Source: Sphingomonadales bacterium
GTDB lineage: Bacteria; Pseudomonadota; Alphaproteobacteria; Sphingomonadales; Sphingomonadaceae
Direction of reading: 5' to 3'
Length of the DNA stretch: 64,000 nucleotides
Assembly (NCBI GenBank): GCA_038221665.1
Contig: JBBRIC010000001.1
Location: forward strand, 620-64,619
The position numbers were made by a program, and so were the translations under genes. Shown piece after piece: positions 60,301-64,000 of this stretch. Every line of letters begins with the position of its first letter. Within the stretch, counting starts at the first letter, position 1. A model generated the notes under the pieces. It had not been told where the DNA came from and made no database searches. It worked only from the letters and a program-made list of their open reading frames with translations.

Positions 60301-62627
60301 ATCCCTTCGAACAGGTCATGGCTCAGCATTGAGTTATCGGGAACCCGCCGCGCCATCGAAGCAAGGAAGTTGTCGATCTCGTAGATGCCCTTGCCGGTAA
60401 ACGAGCCTTCACCGATCAGATCCTGATAGAGATCCGACGCTGCCGCGGCATAGGAATCGATTCCCGCCGGCCCGCCAGCCAGCGCCTCGAAGCGTGTTCG
60501 GCCGCGCCCTGTTGGCAGCGCGATGGTCACGCGAGGCTGCATGATGCCATAGCCCGCCACCACCCGCCGCAGCCCGACATCGAAGCGCGGCCGGTTGAGC
60601 GGATGCGCCATCTTGCCCACCATCCGCCGCGCCGTGCCGAGCGGCAGCTGGGTATCGGCATCAAGGGTGATGACATAGCGCACCCGGGTCGGAACCCGGG
60701 GCGATCCGCCATCGGCCGCGACATAGGAGGTGTCTGTCGCACCGCGCAGCAATCGGTTCAGCTCGTGCAGCTTGCCGCGCTTGCGCTCCCACCCCATCCA
60801 GCAGCCCTGGGACGGGTTATGCAGACGGCGCCGGTGCAGGAACATGAACCGCGGCGCCCCGTCCGCTACCGGATAGCGGGCGTTCAGGGCCGCCACCGCC
60901 GCATGCGCGCGTGCCAGCCGTTCGGCCTCGCCGGGCAGGGTTTCGCTGTCGGCATCGGCAAAATCCGACAGCACGGCATAGTGAACCGATGCCTCGCGCG
61001 TCGCCAGATGATGCACTTCGAGATTGCCGATTTCTTCCCGGACCCGGCTGTCGGCCCCCATCAGCACCGGCACCACGACCAGCGTGCACTGTTCGGGCGC
61101 TATCCCTTCCTCAAGCTCCAGGCCCGGAATGATGCGCGGCGCCAGCAATGTCGCCATCACCCGATTGACGACGGCGGTCGCGGTCTCGGTCGTCACCACC
61201 AGCAGCGCCGGTACGATCAGCAGCAGCATCCACCATTTGACGCCCTCCAGCGCCGCCAGCGGCGGCAGGGTGAGTATCAATGCGATTGCCAGGATGTTGG
61301 CGATATACAAAGGGATGCCGCCGCTGCGCAGCTGCCGCGCCAGCCGGGTCTCGACCGGCGGCACATAGCCGATGTCCTCTTCCAGCTCGGCCCGCGCCGC
61401 GCCGATCAGGAACATCCCCGGGTCCTTGTCGCTGGCATTTTCGGTGGTGCGCTTGCGAACCAGGACCAGCGCCCGCTCGGCAACGGCGTCCTCGGCATAA
61501 TCCGATCCGCGCGACAATTCCTCAAGAGCGTTGCGATAAAGATTGCGCGATGGAAAATCCATGGCGGCAAAATTGCTGCCACGCCGCAGCACCGCGTCGG
61601 CAAGGCTGAGCGCCTCGACCATCGCCCCCCAATCGGTCTCGGCGACTGTCCGCATCGCGATGATGACGTTGCGAATCGACGATGTCGACGCAATCAGCGC
61701 TGCCTGTGCTGCCGTATCGACCTCGGCAATGCGTTGGCCTCTGCCTGCGACCTGCGTCTCGAGCCAGCGTCGCGCCAATTCACTCCGCGGATCGATATCA
61801 CGCAGGCGCAGCGCCAATTGGCTGACGAAAGCCAGCGATTCAACCCCATCTGCAGCGCTGGTCAGCAGGGTCAACGCCGCAAGATCGCTGTCGGCGACAA
61901 ACAGCGCATCGGCGAGCCCATCGGCGCGCGTCCGGTCTTGCTCCTCATGGATCGCAAGATCGGCCAGGCGCCGCAAATTTTCGACGAGCACCAGCTGAAT
62001 CGAGATGGCCAGCGCCCATAGCTCGCCGATCGTCAGCGCCGTGATCTCCTGATAGGCCGCAACAAACTGTCGGAATCGTGCCGCATCGAACAGGCTGTCG
62101 CTGTGCGCCACATAGGCCCAGGCAATGCCGAAAACGCGTGGCAAGCCCGCCAGCGGACCATCGCTCAGCTTGGGCAGCTGTCGGTAGAAATCCAGCGGCA
62201 GATCGTCGACGATCTTGCGAATCTGTTTTTCGACAATGTGATAATTATCGATCAGCCAGTTGGCCGCCGGGGCAATCGGCCGCTCGCGCTCCAACGCCTC
62301 GGCAGTTTCGATATAGGTTCGCGCCAACGCCGCTGCATTGGCATCGAGCCGGAGCAACAGATCACGTGAGCGTTCGTTGCCGATCTCGATCGGTTGCATC
62401 TTCGCCAGCGACCGCCCGTGCTCGTTCAGCCGGTCGTTGCCGAACAATTCGGCCCGAACCGGTCGATTATCGACCCAGATCCGCGCTGTCTGGCGCGTGC
62501 CACGAAGCCAATTCCCTGCGGTCCTTGATAAAGTCTGATTGGTTACCACGAACTCCGGCCACTTTGCCTGGCCGCCCCAAGTGGCACGACTGCCCGACGG
62601 TACACGTACCGCAGCATCGGATGGCAT
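54339..62627 (-). CDS. ndvB: Cyclic beta-1,2-glucan synthase (NdvB/ChvB/Cgs type; GT84 glycosyltransferase plus C-terminal GH94 phosphorylase-like domain)
   Basis: Single 2762-aa ORF. Central GT region (YVITLDADTQLP, HRWVRGDWQ) flanked by TM segments. C-terminal GH94-like region (GDWNDGMN, GGQYSHAAMW). Size and architecture match the known giant Cgs proteins. The exact start is uncertain. Confidence 0.9.
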   Translation of the reverse strand: MPSDAAVRVPSGSRATWGGQAKWPEFVVTNQTLSRTAGNWLRGTRQTARIWVDNRPVRAELFGNDRLNEHGRSLAKMQPIEIGNERSRDLLLRLDANAAALARTYIETAEALERERPIAPAANWLIDNYHIVEKQIRKIVDDLPLDFYRQLPKLSDGPLAGLPRVFGIAWAYVAHSDSLFDAARFRQFVAAYQEITALTIGELWALAISIQLVLVENLRRLADLAIHEEQDRTRADGLADALFVADSDLAALTLLTSAADGVESLAFVSQLALRLRDIDPRSELARRWLETQVAGRGQRIAEVDTAAQAALIASTSSIRNVIIAMRTVAETDWGAMVEALSLADAVLRRGSNFAAMDFPSRNLYRNALEELSRGSDYAEDAVAERALVLVRKRTTENASDKDPGMFLIGAARAELEEDIGYVPPVETRLARQLRSGGIPLYIANILAIALILTLPPLAALEGVKWWMLLLIVPALLVVTTETATAVVNRVMATLLAPRIIPGLELEEGIAPEQCTLVVVPVLMGADSRVREEIGNLEVHHLATREASVHYAVLSDFADADSETLPGEAERLARAHAAVAALNARYPVADGAPRFMFLHRRRLHNPSQGCWMGWERKRGKLHELNRLLRGATDTSYVAADGGSPRVPTRVRYVITLDADTQLPLGTARRMVGKMAHPLNRPRFDVGLRRVVAGYGIMQPRVTIALPTGRGRTRFEALAGGPAGIDSYAAAASDLYQDLIGEGSFTGKGIYEIDNFLASMARRVPDNSMLSHDLFEGIFVRAGLISDVELVEDFPTRYDAAARRQHRWVRGDWQLLPWIFGRRANEAERLPGTGRAKMLDNLRRSMAAPAIVVALASGWFMPLATGVAWTIALLVIIAIPPLLPLPSLFLAPRRRNVALKAHLRDIAGDVRTAFSHVAMQLVMVADQAVRMIDAITRTLVRLVQRRRLLEWTTAASASAGPDRNIWQLYRFMGQSVGLMLLAATLALWRDANIWPLLWPLLLAWLAAPAVAWWLSRPQPVATAPQLDTAERARFDAVARQTFAFFTTHVTAEHNHLPPDNMQEVPVPVVAGRTSPTNIGLYLLVVATARERGWLEPTAALDRLEASFATLARLAKHRGHFYNWYDTRDLRVLDPPYVSAVDSGNLAGHLIALANMLADWTDADSVARAGLLATTARAMAMAMDFAFLVDPERQLLSIGWSEADNRRDESCYDLLASEARLASLFAIAKGDIKAKHWSRLGRSATAVADASVLISWSGSMFEYLMPSLVMRAPDGSLLEISNRLVVDRQRDYARAADVPWGISESGYNARDPEQTYQYSNFGVPGLGLKRGLSDNLVIAPYATGLATMVDAAAALANLDRLESIGGRGEFGFYEAIDFTPARLPAGARHAVVRSYMAHHQGMALLAICNMLDGGRLRDAFHAEPMIRATALLLHERPPRGVGTFNPRAEEAVLAATDRPPPTGTSRSYGTRAEAVPPVHLLSNGRYSVLLTSAGSGRSSWQGLSINRWREDPVVHGHGSWIYVTDEAARQSWSATLAPLGPQPSDYTAIFAEGRAEFHRSDGTLTTTTEVLISPEDDAEVRRVSLANRGSSARRIALTSAIELTLGAQATDIAHPAFARMFIATEAMPDGVLIAHRRPRGPDDPAIWVAHLAVIEGTSTAPIAWETDRSAFIGRGRSTADPIGLEGTLAGHAGTVLDPMLVLRAPVLVPPGGTVKVAFWTIAAATRAALLDAVGRHRDPSAYDRAQVGAWTQAQIEQRFLGLEAGDAADFQQLAGHIVNAGTVLAPPPEIVAAAAGPQSALWVHGISGDVPIVILRIDDPRDIGFVDDMLRAFEFLQARYLAFDLVILNERKASYIQDLQNAIDDAVRVVRARPAPPGVRGAVFRLRSDLMLEQQVATLRALARVELLAQRGSLRRQLQRLDLLEAATPAAAPEARAPAPPRAGRPADPDLPRQESLEFWNGFGGFHANGREYAMILHGRETTPAPWINVIANPDFGCQASADGLGAIWSLNARENQLTPWSNDSVADPSGDALYIRCRDAGHVWSPTAAPAGAARTVGGARIARHGFGYSRYHGVAHEIETDLLVHVPLDAPLRLARLTLRNLSDVPRALSVTGYAEWVLGQARATTAAHIVTEHDSETGALFARNPFNAETGSRIAFADLDGRQTSWTCDRAAFLGRGGSMAAPAALQHDVPLSGACGAGIDPCAALATEVTLAAGAACEIVWIIGQAVDREAARALVLDWRSRDLDAELARTDAHWRATLGTVEVRTPDRAMDIMLNGWLLYQVLGCRVWGRAGFYQASGAYGFRDQLQDGGALLLPRPDLVRPHLLRAAGRQFREGDVQHWWLPESGRGVRTRISDDRGWLAISVADYVDVTGDATILETPIAFLEGPLLAPGEHDAFFLPGTSSDAPSLYEHCALALDQSIAMAGALGLPLIGGGDWNDGMNRVGEGGEGMSVWLGWHLIHAIERFAPIAAAREPARAARWRAHAAGLAIAIEAVAWDGEWYRRATSDAGTWLGSKDSDECRIDSIAQTWAVLSGAGLPERQTIAMASMRRHLVDRDARLVKLFTPPFDSTAHDPGYIRSYPPGLRENGGQYSHAAMWTILASARMGDGDGAVDLFDLLNPINHARTAGAAMHYRVEPYVVAADVYSVAPNVGRGGWTWYTGAAGWMFRAGIEGIIGLRRRGQRLRLAPCLPAEWPEIDLTLRLGNSEYAINVRRAATGVATGAATLDGVTLSIVEGAIEWDITQGKHRIDLIIPLSMSN

Positions 62628-62710
62628 AAAATATTAGCGGCGGGATTTCGAGGAAGCCGTCGCATGTAAGGCAGGCCGCACATGGCCGCGGCAGGCCCTG
62701 CGCCGCGTAA

Positions 62711-62923
62711 GTGCAGCGTTACCCTGGCACCAAGGGGCTGGTATTCCGGGCTAGCGCGTTGCGTCGCGGCGGCAGCGCCGTTTTGCCTGTTTTGAAAAAC
62801 CGAATCTATTTGCGCGAAAACATCCACAAGGGTGTGCGCTATCCCGGAGCGTATCCAGCCATTGTCCCGCAGGGCCTGTGGGATGCTGTTCGATCCTGGC
62901 TTCCCAACGGCGACCCCGCTGGC
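62711..62923 (+). pseudogene. Decayed fragment of a large serine recombinase (Recombinase-domain remnant)
   Basis: Residues encoded at 62792-62902, LKNRIYLRENIHKGVRYPGAYPAIVPQGLWDAVRSWL, match the conserved (Y/L)xG...HKG..YPG.H.AI(I/V)...LWD.V block of serine recombinases. There is no catalytic N-terminal domain and no C-terminus. It runs straight into the 13-bp tandem repeat. Confidence 0.55.
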
Positions 62924-62988
62924 GATCGAGCCTTGCGATCGAGCCTTGCGATCGAGCCTTGCGATCAAGCCTTGCGATCAAGCCCTGC
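62924..62988. repeat. Tandem repeat, 13-bp unit x5 (GATCGAGCCTTGC, with the last two units degenerate)
   Basis: gatcgagccttgc x3, then gatcaagccttgc, then gatcaagccctgc, read directly from the sequence. Confidence 0.9.
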
Positions 62989-63115
62989 GATCGCGCGCAG
63001 CCTCGGCCTGCTGGCGTAGCTGGTCTTTGATGGCCTTCGTCCGCAAAGCTGCGGACACGCGGCTAGTATCGCTTGCACGCTAAAAAATCATTGCAAGTCA
63101 ATAAGTTACTGTGGC

Positions 63116-63202
63116 TGGTGCGGCCAAGAAGACTCGAACTTCCACGGCCTTTCGGCCACAACGACCTCAACGTTGCGCGTCTACCAGTTCCGCCATGGCC
63201 GC
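63116..63202 (-). tRNA. tRNA-Leu (anticodon GAG), CCA-encoded
   Basis: The minus strand reads GCGGCCATGGCGGAACTGGTAGACGCGCAACGTTGAGGTCGTTGTGGCCGAAAGGCCGTGGAAGTTCGAGTCTTCTTGGCCGCACCA. It has a 7-bp acceptor stem, anticodon stem CAACG/CGTTG with loop TTGAGGT, a long variable arm GGCC-GAAA-GGCC, and a TTCGAGT T-loop. Confidence 0.93.
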
Positions 63203-63310
63203 ACAGCCCAAGTGTCCGGAATTTCTCCCGACCGGTAGAGGGGCGCGGGTAGCAGGGGGCGGCACCGGGCGCAAGCCGATTTCCGCCGCCCGTCCTGCGG
63301 AATACGCCGC

Positions 63311-64000
63311 CTAATTGTAGCGGCGCAGCTCATTCTTGGCGATCGCCTGGCGGTGAACTTCGTCGGGGCCGTCGGCCAACCGCAAGGTACGCTGCCCGGC
63401 ATAGCCGCTGGCGAGGCCGAAATCCTGGCTGACGCCGCCGCCGCCATGGGCCTGGATTGCCATGTCATGGATCATGCAGCTCATATTGGGGGCCACTACC
63501 TTGATCATGGCGATTTCGTTCGACGCTGCCTTGTTGCCGACCGTATCCATCATATAGGCAGCCTTTAATGTCAGCAGCCTTGCCTGTTCGATGGCGATGC
63601 GCGAATCAGCGATGCGTTCATGCCAGAGGCTGTGTTCGCTGAGCGCCTTTCCAAAAGCGACGCGTGATTTCAGCCGCTTGCACATTTTTTCAAGCGCGCG
63701 TTCGGCAGCACCGATGGATCGCATGCAATGATGTATGCGGCCTGGCCCCAACCGCCCCTGGGCGATTTCAAAGCCGCGGCCTTCGCCCAGCACCATGTTC
63801 GATACAGGCACCCGGACATTATCGAGGATGACTTCGAAATGGCCATGCGGCGCATCGTCAAAGCCAAAGACATTCAACGCCCGCAGCTTGGTGATGCCGG
63901 GGGCATCGAGCGGCACCAGGATCTGGCTCTGCTGGGCGTGGCGGGGGGCGTTGGGATCGGTCTTGCCCATGACGATGGCGATCGCGCAGCGCGGGTCGCC
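63311..64000 (-). CDS. Acyl-CoA dehydrogenase family protein, C-terminal part; the 5' end lies outside the window
   Basis: [23 protein letters not shown], and MIKVVAPNM...[16 protein letters not shown]...[13 protein letters not shown]. The reading frame stays open to position 64000. Confidence 0.88.
   Translation of the reverse strand, partial: GDPRCAIAIVMGKTDPNAPRHAQQSQILVPLDAPGITKLRALNVFGFDDAPHGHFEVILDNVRVPVSNMVLGEGRGFEIAQGRLGPGRIHHCMRSIGAAERALEKMCKRLKSRVAFGKALSEHSLWHERIADSRIAIEQARLLTLKAAYMMDTVGNKAASNEIAMIKVVAPNMSCMIHDMAIQAHGGGGVSQDFGLASGYAGQRTLRLADGPDEVHRQAIAKNELRRYN

Noticed and set aside
1-64000. A scan for CRISPR arrays, rRNA genes, intact IS or transposase genes, prophage structural genes and recognisable defence systems (restriction-modification, CBASS, Gabija and the like).
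   Set aside because: None were seen. The only regularly spaced repeats are the 13-bp and 6-bp microsatellite-like arrays already listed. All large ORFs are accounted for by housekeeping or transport functions.

Overview
This is a high-GC alphaproteobacterial chromosome segment. Gene content and order look Sphingomonadales-like, which is an inference. It holds about 60 tightly packed, mostly housekeeping protein genes, many translationally coupled.

Gene order, left to right:
- acyltransferase (partial), miaB, phoH, a small AT-rich two-gene insert (RHH protein plus 2-TM protein), ybeY, corC
- S9 peptidase, P-loop kinase, SWIB protein
- a minus-strand operon: TonB-dependent receptor, MFS, amidase-like protein, methyltransferase, 117-aa protein
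- DUF1330 protein, holA-lptE-leuS, DUF3576 lipoprotein, an outer-membrane protein, yggS, dapE, M28 peptidase, GST, HIT protein
- an osmoprotectant-type ABC importer, then lnt-metK-trmB-accA
- M48/LysM protease, mutT, prs, crcB, a pseudouridine synthase, divergent serB and miaA
- edd with a ModE-like regulator, an MFS transporter, mmcB, a SleB-like hydrolase, ptsN-hpf
- dnaQ-coaE-aroE-maf-DUF299 kinase, a gap, then hemE-hemJ. This is the canonical alphaproteobacterial origin neighbourhood, so the gap at 51990-52393 is called as the probable oriC.
- a 2762-aa cyclic beta-1,2-glucan synthase
- a decayed serine-recombinase fragment, a 13-bp tandem repeat and tRNA-Leu(GAG)
- a partial acyl-CoA dehydrogenase

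Non-coding highlights:
- Three copies of a 191-225 bp TA-flanked MITE. Two of them abut, and supply, the TAG stop codons of edd and hemJ.
- A second double-hairpin repeat family of about 90-110 bp.

No rRNA, CRISPR array, intact transposase, prophage or recognisable defence system was seen.

The best candidates for something undescribed are:
1. The TBDR/MFS/amidase-like/methyltransferase/117-aa operon. Its amidase-like member appears to have Ser and Arg in place of the catalytic Cys and Lys.
2. The RHH plus two-TM cassette wedged into the conserved phoH-ybeY operon.

Both are hypotheses from reading the sequence only. No database search was possible.
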